64,000 nt of DNA from Octopus sinensis (GCF_006345805.1 NC_043011.1:18860464-18924463); one strand, 5' to 3'; counted from the stretch's first letter, positions 1-13,141 are shown. Notes: generated from the sequence alone by a model not told the origin. Numbers and translations: made by a program.

Positions 1-385
1 CATCTTCAAATGGATTAATAAATTTTAATTCATATACAGTATTTCATATGTATGTTTCCGTAAATAGTAGCAGAATATGTGAAATGGAATATGTAATTTG
101 TAATTTCTGCACACCAAATAAAATTGTAATGTGAATTCAATATTATCCAAACTAAAAAGAAAACTGTAAATACATTTGAAGTAATTATAGATATTTTGAA
201 TAGATTCTATTTGCTTGTCATTCTTGTGCATATATTACTGCTCTATTATTTTCAGTCACTTAATATTCTATATAATTAATACACGTATCAGTGTTATTAA
301 ATCTTGTATTACTATGTGTATAAGGGAAATGTAATATCAGAATTAAAAGACACCGAAAAATATTTCGTTATAGCAGAAGTCGCTA

Positions 386-1495
386 TCATGTTAGCCAACC
401 AAACAGAAGGCATAAAGGCATTTCTTCGTCATTTGTGGAGGGGGCACCATACATTGTCATTGTCTTTCGGGTAGTGCGATCGAGTTGGTTAATCTCCGCT
501 TGTGTCCATTTCAGGACGAGTGCACTATAAGGAACAGCTGCAACAGCCCTTATCTCGATGGCCGTCACAAGGCTCCTTGAGCTGTGTTTTGATTTTAAGA
601 GAAATTTTCGGCGCTTGAAATATGCGGTGACGGCTTTTGCTTTCCTTTTTTTATGCAAGATATTGTCCAGCTCCAAGTTTCCGAGGTACTTGTAACTATC
701 ATCATCCGGGTCGTCTATTTTCTCTCCGTTTGCCAATTCTATGTCCGTAAAGTTTACTCTCTTCTCCCCGCTTCAAAGTAAGCACTGCACACTTCGAGAT
801 AACGAAGTCCATCCCCATATCCTTGCTACATAGTTGCACAGTCTCAACCAGCCTCTCCGTTTCAGGCTCTGATTTGCGGACAGTTTTAAATCATCCTTGA
901 AGAGAAGGTGTTTGAGACGAGGTCCATTCTTCCTCAACTCATAGTGTACATTGACTTGCATAGGAGTACAGAAAGGAGGATCAAGGCTATAACACATAAC
1001 AGTGGTGAACAGCAATATCATTGGAAGATACCTCCTTTGAAGGTTACCTTGTCTAAGAGCTGATTGTTACAGGAAAGACGTGTTTTCCAACCAGGCATGC
1101 TAATCTTAATCGGTGCACACACACGTTCTAGGCCATTCCACACATGTTGAGTGTTTCCCACATCCACAAATGCCGAAACATGCCGTAACATTTTTTTTCA
1201 AGAGTATCCAGGCCAAGTTTTTTTTTGATACCGTTTACAGTTCTTCGTTATAACCTTGTCTATCACAAGGTGGTCCTTGGTGCCCTTAGATCCTTCTCAG
1301 CATCCCTTTTCTTCTACTGGCAGTTGATTATTTTCTGCAAGGAAAGTATATATTTTCCCTGCAGGGAGATACCTCTGAATACTTTCCATTGAAGGTTAAG
1401 AGAAGCAATGGGTCGGTATTTGCCATCCTCATTGCCCTTTGACTGAACATTCATCAATAATGTTGTTTTCCCCCTCTACCATCCACTCCAGAACT
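386..1495 (-). mobile_element. Decayed R4/Dong-clade non-LTR retrotransposon, reverse transcriptase region
   Basis: Manual minus-strand translation across frameshifts gives RT motifs KYRPIASL, KGTKDHLVIDKVITKNCKR, GIFQ..SPLL, YKYLG and the post-RT segment LVTAIEIRAVAAVPYSALVLKWTQAEINQLDRTTRKTMTMYGA typical of this clade. Many stops. Confidence 0.8.
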
Positions 1496-1528
1496 ACACC
1501 GCTCTTTAGGCAATTACTCACATTTTAC

Positions 1529-1932
1529 TCTCTTTTACTTGTTTCAGTCATTTGACTGTGGGCATGCTGGAGCACTGCTTTTAGTCGAGCAAATCGACCC
1601 CAGGACTTATTCTTTGTAAGCCTAGTACTTATTCTATCGGTCTCTTTTTGTCGATCCGCTAAGTACGGGGACGTAAACACACCTGAATCTGTTGTCAAGC
1701 GATGTGTCCATCATTGTCAAGCACAGACAGCCAAACATATACACACACACATACATTTAAATATACATTTATACGACGGGCTTCTTTCAGTTTCCGTCTA
1801 CCAAATCCACTCACAAGACTTTGGTTGGCCCGAGCCTATAGTAGAAGACGATTCCCCAAGGTGCTACGCATTAGAACGGAACCCGGTACCATGTAGTTCG
1901 TAAGCAAGCTACTTACCACACAGCCACTCCTG
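1529..1932 (-). mobile_element. tRNA-derived SINE, family A (CORE-like central motif)
   Basis: Reverse complement begins GGAGTGGCTGTGTGGTAAGTAGCTTGCTTAC with a B-box-like GGTTCCGTTC, and ends in an ACTGAAACAAGTAAAAGAG tail. Homologous to copies at 14756, 57385 and 58953. Confidence 0.85.
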
Positions 1933-1958
1933 TTGTTTAATTACACTTTTTCATTCAA

Positions 1959-2179
1959 CCCTTTCGTTACCAACCCGGCCAAAACCGGCTCTGGCTTTGT
2001 GGTACAAATGCCTTGTTTTCATAAGTTTTGCATCAAAATATACCACCAAACCTTAGTCACAATTTATGTTCCTAACACTAGCTTAATGATAACTAAGTTA
2101 TTTTACTAAATTCTTTTTTGTATTTAAAATAATTGAAAAAAACACAGAACATCTCAAAATAAACACAGTAACGAAAGGG
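1959..2179. mobile_element. piggyBac-type MITE
   Basis: Perfect 12-bp TIRs CCCTTTCGTTAC (1959-1970) / GTAACGAAAGGG (2168-2179), flanked by TCAA (left, one mismatch) and TTAA (right). No ORF. Confidence 0.75.
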
Positions 2180-2468
2180 TTAAATTTCTTGTCTTTTGCG
2201 TTTCTTTGTTTATTGTTTTGTGCTATTCACTTAAAATTCGTCAGTCAATCTAGGTAAGGTAAATTATGTTGATTCTAAACATCTATAAGCAGACACTATG
2301 AATGCCTGCGCTGGACATGTCTTAAATCTACTCCAAAATCTGTCACCAATCGTTCCTAAACTTCAATTATCAAATACGGATATTTTCATTATTATAGTTT
2401 TTATGTATAAACCAAAGCACCAAAGCAATGTTTCACTATGTTGGTTATATATATATACATGACAAGCA

Positions 2469-2469
<1 letters not shown>

Positions 2470-2562
<93 letters not shown>

Positions 2563-2630
2563 AGTAGTAGTAGCAGTAGGAGGAGGAGGAAGAGGAAGGG
2601 GAAGGGGAGGAGGAGGAGGGGGCGGAGGGG
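2470..2630. repeat. (AGT)n grading into (AGG)n microsatellite
   Basis: Directly visible; explains the poly-S, poly-V and poly-L ORFs in the track. Confidence 0.95.
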
Positions 2631-2634
2631 CAGA

Positions 2635-2930
2635 TACATTACGTTCAACATGTCATCCACTGTTGAGATTCAGCATACCATCCACTGAGCCTCTTCAGGA
2701 AAGTCAACATCATACGTGAATAATTTCATGCACTTCACAGAATTGATCAAGGATACCCTCATTCAAACCGACCAGATGGCGAGTCTAGATGTGGTAAGTC
2801 TGTTCACCAAAGTCCAACTGGCGAAGCACCACTGGTGATGCAAGAAATACTAGTGACAGACACCCATCTAAAAGAACGCACTAGTATACAAATAAGAGAC
2901 TTGATGGAAATGATGATTAGATTTATAAGC
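2635..2930 (+). mobile_element. Penelope-like element RT fragment
   Basis: Translates to SGKSTSYVNNFMHFTELIKD..QMASLDVVSLFTKV..THLKERTSIQIRDLMEMM, matching the PLE RT motif (S-F/L-D-V-x-S-L-F-T-x-V). Frameshifted. Confidence 0.75.
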
Positions 2931-3114
2931 CCTAAAATTCACTCCATAATTGTCCACGAGCATATGGCATAGTGAGTAAGAGTGTGGGCTACTAACCACA
3001 TGATTCCGAGTTCGATTCCATTGACATGAATGATAATTATAATAATAATAACAATAACAAGAGAAATAACATCGAAAAGTACGTTAGGAATGAGAACCCA
3101 GAACCCAGGTTCGA

Positions 3115-3160
3115 AACACCTAATGAAGGCTGGAGGATATATCAGCCGAAACGTTGTGTT
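3115..3160 (+). ncRNA. Minimal PLE-type hammerhead ribozyme motif, core-mutated (G5>A)
   Basis: AACAC-CTAATGA-A-GGCTG-gaggatatat-CAGCC-GAAAC-GTT-GTGTT: 5-bp stem I, 5-bp stem II, palindromic ACGT stem III. Core reads CTAATGA instead of CTGANGA. Confidence 0.75.
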
Positions 3161-4124
3161 AACAACAAACAAGGTGAGGACAAATATCCTTCAAAGGTAT
3201 ATAATGTTCATCATCATATTTTGATGCATGTATATTTTCGCTTTAATTGGGCTGCGTTTTAATTATTGAAATCAAATATGCGCAAAGCAATGTGTGAAAT
3301 TGATAATTTTCTCCGGTGACGAACAGATATCTATCCAGAAACATTTATTTACCCTTTTCCTCTAAAACAACGAATGTAAGATATATAATAACATTTTCTC
3401 TTTCAAAGCAATTAAATTATATCAGATTGGTATTATCAGCGTAAGTATCAAATAGGGAAGATGTCACTATATTCGAAAATAGCAATATTAACTTAAAATT
3501 TGCTATTACATTGTAATTGTTAGGGAATCTAATGTAACTTTGAATAAAGTATCTTGAATAATATATGATGAATCATTCTGACAAGAGGCTGATTTAATTA
3601 CATTGTTATCTAACGTAACTAACCATGTATAATTTAACAAATTCCATATATATGCATCTTCAATGAGTAGAAGTATAATACTGAACTACATTAGATAATT
3701 TCATTAGTATTATATTGAAAACGTGGTAACTTTGCCTTCATTAACTGGTAACCAGCTCTCTTGGTTCGACTTCAGTAGTTTAGAGGCAACTGGAAATAGG
3801 TGAAATTACCTCTATCTCTTCAGAATCCCTAACATCAAACATAATGTGTCAGTCCAAGTCATTTTCCTTGGACGTAGAAGGAAATGAATTCTGTTAATGT
3901 AGTTAAAAACTTGAAGATAATGAACTAATGACTTCCATAATTCGAAAGATTACCAATAACTACAAACTATTTCTTATTTATAGTTAGGTATTTACTGACC
4001 AAACGCGTTTCATTGTCATGAACCCACCTACGTGACGGAGACGAAATTTCGCAAACTAGGATTTAGGCTGATAATGGTAAGATTCAGAAAATTGTGAATA
4101 CTGTCTTAATCGCAAACCGTCATG

Positions 4125-4560
4125 ATTATGAGGATCATGTTGATATTTATGATAATGTTGAGGATGATAATTATAATGACGCGAAAAGAATAACGATGAT
4201 GGTTAAGGCAATATACATGACTACGATTATGATAACGACGTTATGATAAAGATGATGATCTGGATTGCTAGGTCGATGTTAATATAATGGGTTGATGATG
4301 ATTGCAGAGTTTCTACATCCGAGGCGGCTGTTGATGATGAGGACAGTGACTATAACGATAATTCTGAAGAAGATAATGGAAATTATTATGCTGGGAGTGG
4401 TGAAGATAATTGCAATACTTCGGTTGCTGAGGCAGTTGATGGTGATGAGGACAGACGTGATAATAATAATTCTTAGGGGAATAATGAAATTTGTAATAAT
4501 GAGCGTGAGGAATATGAGAATTGTTATCATAGATTTAACTTTGGGGTTTGTCATTAGTAA
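4125..4560. repeat. Degenerate (GAT)/(AAT) triplet low-complexity tract
   Basis: Triplet-periodic ATG/ATA/GAT sequence; produces Met/Ile-rich ORFs on both strands. Confidence 0.7.
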
Positions 4561-5199
4561 CTCCACTAAATTAACGGCATACATCTCTAAAAATGTCCGC
4601 AACTATAATAGTAAGAATGCATTTCATTTTATGACACTACGGTATTAAAGGGCCTGTAATTACAGGTAACATTTGCTCCGCCTAATAAACAATTGACTGC
4701 GTAGTAGACACGGCAGTCTTCCGTCTGCTAGTAAACTAATAGATTTTCCTTGTGAAAATTCGTAAATACATTGATAAAAATTATATAACCATTCGAGTAA
4801 TGCACTAAAAATAACACTAGATAGCAGTATGGTAAGAAGAGTGAAACAACACTATTTAAGTTCCTAAGGTGTCAAGATCACATCTTTATTTTAAATCCTT
4901 TTTGAATTCGAAATGCGTTTCTCGTAAAAAGTGTTTACATATGACTGTCAGAAGACAGCTTTAAAGTAGATATAAAAAACCATCAGCTTATATAAAACCA
5001 CCAGCTTAAATAACAGAAACATATACTTCAATCGGCATTCTACCAATCAGCATTTCTACCGGCGTTAGTACTACATTTATTAAAACGAATGTCCGGGATA
5101 AATTATCAGTGCACTGCTTAGCAAATATAGGGAAAATAAACCATATATATGAATATGCACAGTCGTGAGTTTGTCACTCATTTACGAGAGTGAACACTG

Positions 5200-5800
5200 T
5201 CAAGACGTGCTTGGAAGCCGTCTCGAATTAAAGAACTGTTGAAGGCGCGACTGCAAAGTAGGCATCTGTCTTTTTAGGGATTCGGTGGGAAATTTTAATT
5301 TGTTTTTTATATTGTTTTTTTCTCGATGACATCGCTTCGCAGTGCCGTCTGCCCAGTGTCTTTGACCTAACATAAGACAACTACTCCAATCTGGAAAGTG
5401 GGCGTTGCGGACTGATTTCGGTGTATTTACACCATTGTGGCCAGCGAGAAATTTTCTCCAGAACAAAACACGGTGAATGGCTTATTTATTAGTCCAAACG
5501 TTCCACAAGCATATTTGAAATGGTGATAACATTGCAGGAGAGAGAGAGGGGGCGCTCAGAGGGTAAGATCTCATCATCAAGCTCTGCTCCTCCTTTTTTG
5601 CAGCCACAGCTGAATGCTGCTGCCCTTGTGGTTTCATCACCCCAAAAGAGGCATTACATGAATTTAGAGGATTCCGTAAACATGTAAGGGGCATTATAGA
5701 TTTTAATTAAAATGACCGCCTGTAAACATCGAATCTTTATTCCCAGCAGCACCGTCGCGAGAGCGCTACATGACTTGCACACTGTGGAGAACATACCTAC
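5200..5800 (-). mobile_element. Decayed coding-like repeat, possibly L1/Tx1 post-RT region
   Basis: GC-richer than flanks. The segment KFMxCLFWGDETTRAAAFSCGCKKGGAEL loosely resembles the L1/Tx1 FLW..V....C.P...GGLG motif. Weak similarity only. Confidence 0.3.
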
Positions 5801-8800
5801 AACACTGCATAACATATATGAAGGGGTAACATATTCAGATATATGTATGAACGTATGGATGGATGGATTAATGCAGGAGTGGATGATTGGATGAATGGAT
5901 GGATGATTGTATGAATGCACGTGTGCATTTGCAGATTGTGAAATGCTTAGTGAATGAAATGTTAATTGAACAAAATTGCATTTTATTGGTAACTCTCCCA
6001 GATCATTTAAGTCTTTGTTCATAAATTTGTAAATTTAACCCAGCTCACATGACTCCGTTCAAGATCAGATTATCACATAAGGATACTTTATGTGCAGTGT
6101 TATCCTCTCAAAGTAGATGATATTCTTCATCAGTTTAAATTCTTAGTGCTAATAATGACCTTTCTCTCTTCTAAATTGAGTAAAGTAAAGCAAATTGTCT
6201 TACATTATCTTTCCGCACGCAATTAAATATCTGCAGTAAAATCAGTACGGCGAGTAAGGGAAGGCATCTGGCTTCAATTATTTTTAAGGTCTGTTAAAAT
6301 GCTACTACATTATATTTGAATTTCTCGAACGTAATTTTAACACACACTTCCATCAAATACAAAGCATTTTGTATATGGAAGATTTCCGAAGAATTTTGTT
6401 AGAAAGGTATTATTTGACGACAAATGAGGAAGGTGATTTTGCAAGAAGTGCGCATTTCTTCGTAAATTTCTGTGTATTGTGATATTTCATAATTTATTCG
6501 TGTATTTCTTTGTACGTCTCTGTAAATACAAACGTCAGATTAAATAGAGAAATTAAAACAGTTTTTAAACATTTTCAACGTATAATATATTCATGGATGG
6601 CTGTGTTATAGCATACCCATTCAATATTAGTGACGTTCCTACTATTAACACGCTTGACCGTCTAACATAGCATAGTCAGGATGGGAATGCAAGAAATCAG
6701 TTGCTGTATTGGGTTATGGATTGTGGAACATTATTAATATTGAAATAAATGTATACACATAATTTTTCTTGTCAAGGAGAGATCACGTCACTTTTTAATT
6801 TCCCTACAAATAACTACACAATTTCTCTTAATACCAAAATTGACAATATTAGTTAATAATCTACAATTTTTTTCCAGATCAAAATATTAGAATGATACCT
6901 AAATTATATGAAAGTAATTCTCTTATGTTCTCTTTCATTTGAATCACAAAAGTTTAAAATACATGCTTAAAACAACTCATAAACAGTATAGCCATTTAAA
7001 GGAGATAAAATTATATTACTGATGACATTTATATACATACCAAAGTCTAGATTTGTTTAACTTAGAATCAATTTCGGAAATGATCTGCCAACATATGTCC
7101 TTCACAAATATATAAAGCACCATTCAGTTGTATTAAACTTCATTACTGCAGGGAACCGAATACCACATAAGACTCAGGAATTTAACTGAATTATATTTGG
7201 CATCGCTTGTGATTAATATTTTCTTATCAATAAGTGGAAATTATATAATAAAGCAATACGTATATATAAGAAACTTTAGCAACTTTAACAACTATTTTTT
7301 CAATCACGTCTGGATGTATCTAAACAACCAACCAGAAACTTACTATGTGTCAGCCTTTGCGTGTATGCATATATGCATCTATGTATGTATTTGTGTATGT
7401 GTGCTTCTAAATTGTTCTGTTGCACATTTTAGTATCAGTGTTATGAAATAAGTAACTATAATATAATCCCACAATTTACGTGGAAGCTTAGAGCTATAAG
7501 CAGACATAAGCACAATGATTAGAAACCTGAAAAGATGCAGAGAAATTGGAAATTGCCAACAGCTAAATATTACTGATTATTAAAATTTGCTGAAAATAAC
7601 ATACTCAGTAGGATATTTAAAATATACTTTGAAGACTACGTTAATAATAGCTGCGAGCAAACACAAGGGAATTTAAGGATATAACTGGATTTAAATATTC
7701 TTTATATGACGATATTTCTGTTACATTATCCATGCATTTACAATTAAAAATAAAAGAAATAATATATCGAAAATATACAAATAGGTTTATACATCATTCT
7801 AGTTTATCTATGCGAGTGTATAACGTATACACAATGTCTTGCGCTAGGCAGAAATGATTGCTTACAGATAAGTTATCTATAAAACATGTACATGTGATTA
7901 AATTTTAATATCAAAACTCTTATATGGGACTAGAACGTAAAAATGAAAGGCTCTGATAAATATTTTGATCCGGGTCTCAAATTATATGCATTCATATCCA
8001 GTTTGCTGTAAAACAGTAGATTTCTTTTCAACTTTATACTCGACATCTCCGATTAGTTCTACGTTTTTAATGCAAATATTAGAAATTGACAATTGACTAT
8101 GTGATATTGGTACCATCATTTTATACAAAGAGCAGCTCTAGTAATATCAGTAATATCAGTAAACCTTTGGCATAGAATAAGACTTTATATTATTGCATGT
8201 ACAGAACTGATATGTTGAAAGATTTCGCCAAATATTTGTAATATAGAGGTAGAATATACTAAGGCGGCGTGATAAGATTAATTTTTGCCGACTGTAAAAA
8301 TGCAATAGTAATTGAATAAATGTGTAATATGAATATGGATAAACTCTTTTATAATTTTATGATAAAATAATATATTAATGCTCCTTGATTTTTTTAAACA
8401 GTATGATAAATTTCGGAAACCTAAAAGTTCAGCTGGTTATTTGATTTTAAAAATTCAGCAGAAACATGAAAGAATATCTTGAACGTTATGAAAATATTTC
8501 AATAGAATCGTTCTTTCCTTTCGCAATTCGCCTTTAGATATTTAAACGTACGCACTTTATAAGTCAAATGTGTGAGAATGTTTTTCGTGCAAGTATGTGT
8601 GATTGTTTTTCACTCTGCGAGAGTAAGAGATTGCAGTAAATGTTTGTAGAGGAAAAACAAATTAAAACGAGTGAGAGAAATCATTTTTATACAAGAATAT
8701 AACGGAACAATTTCGTCATGAAAATAAATATCTGAATATATTGCTTTTTCATTACTGTTTTTAACAATCGTAGAATGTGTAAATATTTACGAAGCATGTT

Positions 8801-11066
8801 GCCAGCTTTGAGTTGTATTTAACAAGAAATACTAACTTATATTTTATGTTCGTAAATAAATTACCCTACGCCGTGCTTTCACTTACACATATAGATGTGT
8901 GAATGTGTGTGGGAGTGTACAAATATACATACATGTACATACATATTAACCGTGTCGCATCAAACGCAGTACTTAGTTGCTGGTCACACGGCCAACATTA
9001 CCGTCATTTTCTGCGATTTGTAACGCATTTCTGTTCACATTTTATAACCTTAACCGTCGAAAATGGGCGAGACGTCTTTGTGCTCCGAACATCTATGTCT
9101 AATGATTTAATATCATTCGTTTGCTTGGGGCTACCGATTTCAAGCTGACACTGCTACAGATGCATATGCCCTTACTCCATGTTCAATGGAAGAACAGAAA
9201 TACAAGGGCCATAGTTACTGTGGAAGGCCGAGTGCTTCGTCCTTCCAGTTAGTCGTATCTATTTCTAGTATTACTTTTTGTACTTACATTTATTGACCCC
9301 ACTCTCCACTCCAGCTATCTAACTATTACTCAACCCAATTTCTGCATTTTTCTTGCAAATTTTTTCGTGCATAATTTTCGTTTTCTATATATCATGAATG
9401 AGTTGTATTTAACATTTGTGAGTTCATGCTGTTTATTAATTACTTCTTGTGTTGCTTGTCACGTAATCTATTTTGTTTCATTCAGTTATTCTACATCATT
9501 TAAATTTAGTTTACTGTGCATTAATGATTTTAAGGGAGGCGGTGCATTTGTAAGTGGCAGTGGTGGTTCCTGCACTAGTGGCATTATCGATGCCTGTACT
9601 AGTGGCAGTGGCAGAGATCATGGTATTAGTAACTTCCGTGATGTTACTTTCGTACTAAGCGTTTGTGTTTGACGTGGTGTTGGTGGGTCGTTGGCATAGA
9701 AGTCCTAAATTATTTTCCTGAATTCGTGCAAGCTCAAGGTATAGAAAACATGCTTGACGCCGAAGCATAATATTTGTCTCATGGATTACAAATCCATTGG
9801 GGCACGGTTAAATATATCGTTGGGTTCGTTCCTGTTCTTTGAACTCTAAGTTTTTCGATGGAGAGATTCTACCACCTAGTGCAAACAGTTGGTCACTGAG
9901 GACACCTGTTTTAAAGCAATCTGTAACTAGCGTATGTACTGCACCACCGTTGTGAATAAAACATTCTCACAGCACCATACCAAATACAGAGTCTAATTAT
10001 ATAATATTATGAAGGTTTCCTTCGTGATTAAAGAGTAAAATTCAAAGACAAACTATGATTGAAATGCTATTCCTAAAATATATAAGTTTCTGAAACAATT
10101 GCAGTCCATTATGAATAATTGATTAGGATATATATTTACTTACTCTAACAGATCTTTCGAAATTATTTTGGATTCTATTCTATCTACAAAAATAAAATTT
10201 CAATTTCAATATATAATTATTACATCAGTAATCAAAGAATGTCTTCGATGAGAGATAAACCAGTGGTATAAATATATTAGTTTCAATAAATAAATTAGTT
10301 TCAAAATATAATTACAACATCTTTCATAAAATACATACAATTAAATTGCGATATTCATTTTAAATATGAAATGTTTGACAAGAATACTTTCTTAAAAGAG
10401 AACATATATGTGCAAACAAAAATACAATCAGAAATCCAATCCAATCATTATGAGAAACAAGTAAACATGTCGCATATCGATTACAATTAGGACCAAAATA
10501 ACCTTCAATTATTTTAGGCTTCTTTTTCACGTCAGATGTTTACACGTTTCATGTCATTGCTTAATATTTTCATTTAATTATTTAATTATCATACTTAAAC
10601 ATCGATCACAGTAGTTGTTTAATGCAGAATATCATGTTGAATGTTGGACACTATTTCCAATCAAATGTTAGAATTGCAATTCTCAAATCATGTCTTTCAG
10701 AAGCAAATAGAATTCAAATGCTTTTCAAAAGAAAGTTAATTCTAAACTCTTTTCATTAACTAAGTACATATTAAAGTACAAGAAATTAAATAAAATTACA
10801 AATGTAGGAAAACTCGTATCATCAATAGAAGGATATATACGAGATGTCCTATGCTCACACAAACTGCTCATATGCAAACACATTCACAAACACACACTCA
10901 CATACGCACAGATGCACACACGCACAAACACGCACAGTCACAGACATATATAATGATATATACACATAAATGTGTGTGTATTTCTGTGTATGTGTGTTGG
11001 ACGGGTGTTTCGCTTCCAAAATGGTCGTGATTTCATAACTATGTACGTATATATATATATATTTCA

Positions 11067-11445
11067 GGTCACTTCGAGTGCTACTGGTAACATGTAACCC
11101 AGTACACCCTGTTGCATGGTCGGGTCGTCGGAGACTAAACCGGCAACCCCACCTAGCTTGCTTGGTGAGGAGGGTGTTTATTGGATACCCTGCGGGATGA
11201 AAAACAAAATCCGTCAAAGGACGGAGGAACTCTTGAGAGTCAACGGCCATCCAATAAATGTCTTAAGGCTGTATCATGCGCGGGACATAGAAATAATCAG
11301 ACTGAAAACCCAATTGCCCGGTTAAACCATTGGGAGTGAAGGACTCCTAGGCTTTATTAGGGCATCCTTCTAGGAGAAGGTAACTCAGGTAACTGGGATA
11401 ACTCCGACATAAAACCTGCGGCTCAGTGGTTACCGATGATGTTGA
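11067..11445 (+). mobile_element. RTE-type retrotransposon 5' leader / non-autonomous derivative, no ORF attached
   Basis: Contains GGGCATCCTTCTAGGAGAAGGTAACTC...AAAACCTGCGGCTC, resembling the motif seen in RTE 5' UTRs. GC-rich and highly self-complementary. Confidence 0.55.
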
Positions 11446-11610
11446 CTTGTTCTTCTTTTCGGATTATGGATGCTGTTGCTTAGTGAGTGGGATTGATTCA
11501 GAGCACAGCCTTTCCTCACTTTAAAAAACTCTTCTTGCACAGGCATTGCACGATAACAACATTGATTATGCTTCGTGCAATGGCCATACTCAATAACGAG
11601 GGGACAGCTG

Positions 11611-11654
<44 letters not shown>

Positions 11655-11665
11655 TATATATATAA

Positions 11666-11707
<42 letters not shown>

Positions 11708-11833
11708 TATATATATGGCGGTGCCCCAGCATGGCCACAGCTCATTAGCTGAAACTGGAAAAATCAAAATCAAAATCATATATACATATATAGGTATGAC
11801 AGCATGCGGTCTATGAGTGTCACTTAAAGCACA

Positions 11834-12067
11834 AAGGCGGCGAGCTGGCAGAAACGTTAGCACGCCGGGCTAAATGCTTAGCGGTATTTCGTCTGCGTTA
11901 CGTTGTGAGTTCAAATTCCGCCGTGGTCGACTTTGCCTTTCATCCTTTCGGGGTCGATAAATTAAGTACCAGTTACGCACTGGGGTTGATGTAATCGACT
12001 TAATACCTATGTCTATCCTTGTTTGGCCCCTCTGTGTTTAGCCCCTTGTGGGTAATAAAGAAATAGG
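11834..12067 (+). mobile_element. tRNA-derived SINE, family B
   Basis: AAGGCGGCGAGCTGGCAGAAACGTTAGCACGCCGGG..GAGTTCAAATTCCGCC (B box)..CCTTTCATCCTTTCGGGGTCGATAAA..TAATAAAGAAATAGG; homologous copies at 25421, 29447, 32980 and 48345. Confidence 0.85.
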
Positions 12068-12699
12068 TTTCGGGTCTCATGTTAATCGAGTTAAACACCT
12101 ACCATCAAATGTACACGCAGGTTACCTGTATTAGAGGGCGTGATGTAACGTACTACAAAGAGCGTAACGATAATAACAGAAAAGAATATGTGCGTCAGTT
12201 GGTAATCCGCTAATCCCATTATTATTCATCCCTTGTGTAATATGGTGAAAAATGTTACGTTGCCGAATATTGAAATATATATCGCAATTATAATGAGGGA
12301 ATGTTACAATTAGAACGAATAGCAAAATATGCGCGCGCAACAACACGCACACACGCACACATGCATATGTACGTATGTATGTATGTATGTATGCATGTAT
12401 GTATATATATATATATATATATATACATACATATGTATATATATATATATACATATACATATATACATGTGTGTGTGTATGTATATATATATATATATAT
12501 GTATGCTTATATATATATATATATATAGCATTGATGCTACCTCTCGAGAGCATCAATGCACACCGACCCCTCACTAATATGAGGCTCCGCTTTGAACCCG
12601 ATGTCTCCACATTACTTGAGGAGGTTTACATAGTGATCAATCTTTCAATCTCGAGTGACGTCCAAGTTATCTTCATGAAGAACCGTTAAATTGACTATA

Positions 12700-13130
12700 T
12701 TCATAACATCCTTTCCTTCACACAACATTAAAATGTCCGATGTTTTCGTAACTAGCATGGGAAAGAGTCCCTGACACGCTGATAAATCTACAGTCACCTC
12801 CCAATAGCTGTTCCACTGTTCATCGACCGCAGTAAGCTGTTTGTTCTTCATAAAACGGATCCGCTTTGTCAAATGTTTCGCATCTAGTGTGAGAACCGTT
12901 TTGAAGAACATTAGCCTGGTAGTATTTTTGTAAACAAGCTTTGATCTTGTGCCGCCATTATGAAACATTCAGTTTCTGCTTTCAGTTCTAAAATTCTAAT
13001 CCATAGATGAGTTGTTACTTGGTCTACATTCGTATTTCGACATCAAAGTATATACCGTTCATGCAGGGGCTTCTGGATCCACCGCTCCTCAATATGTACC
13101 AGAGTGTTAATGGCTTTGATGCCGTTATCA
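12700..13130 (-). mobile_element. R4/Dong-clade remnant, region upstream of the CCHC finger
   Basis: Translates to RWIQKPLH..NVDQVTTHLWI..LKAETECFIMAAQDQSLFTK..NVLQNGS..RC..EGKDV. The 5' end abuts a (TAG)n/(TAA)n tract. Confidence 0.75.
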
Positions 13131-13133
13131 TTA

Positions 13134-13141
13134 CTACAACA

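Noticed and set aside
25-231. 68-aa minus ORF at the window start
   Set aside because: No recognisable motif, composition follows AT-rich background, and there is no splice support.
2965-3025. tRNA-like A/B-box sequence (GGCATAGTGAGTAAG..GAGTTCGATTCC)
   Set aside because: No cloverleaf or acceptor stem; it is a SINE head remnant. The same applies to the other SINE heads.
4653-4666. 14-bp palindrome CCTGTAATTACAGG with a homeobox-like TAATTA core
   Set aside because: A single short palindrome is expected by chance in 64 kb; there is no conservation data.
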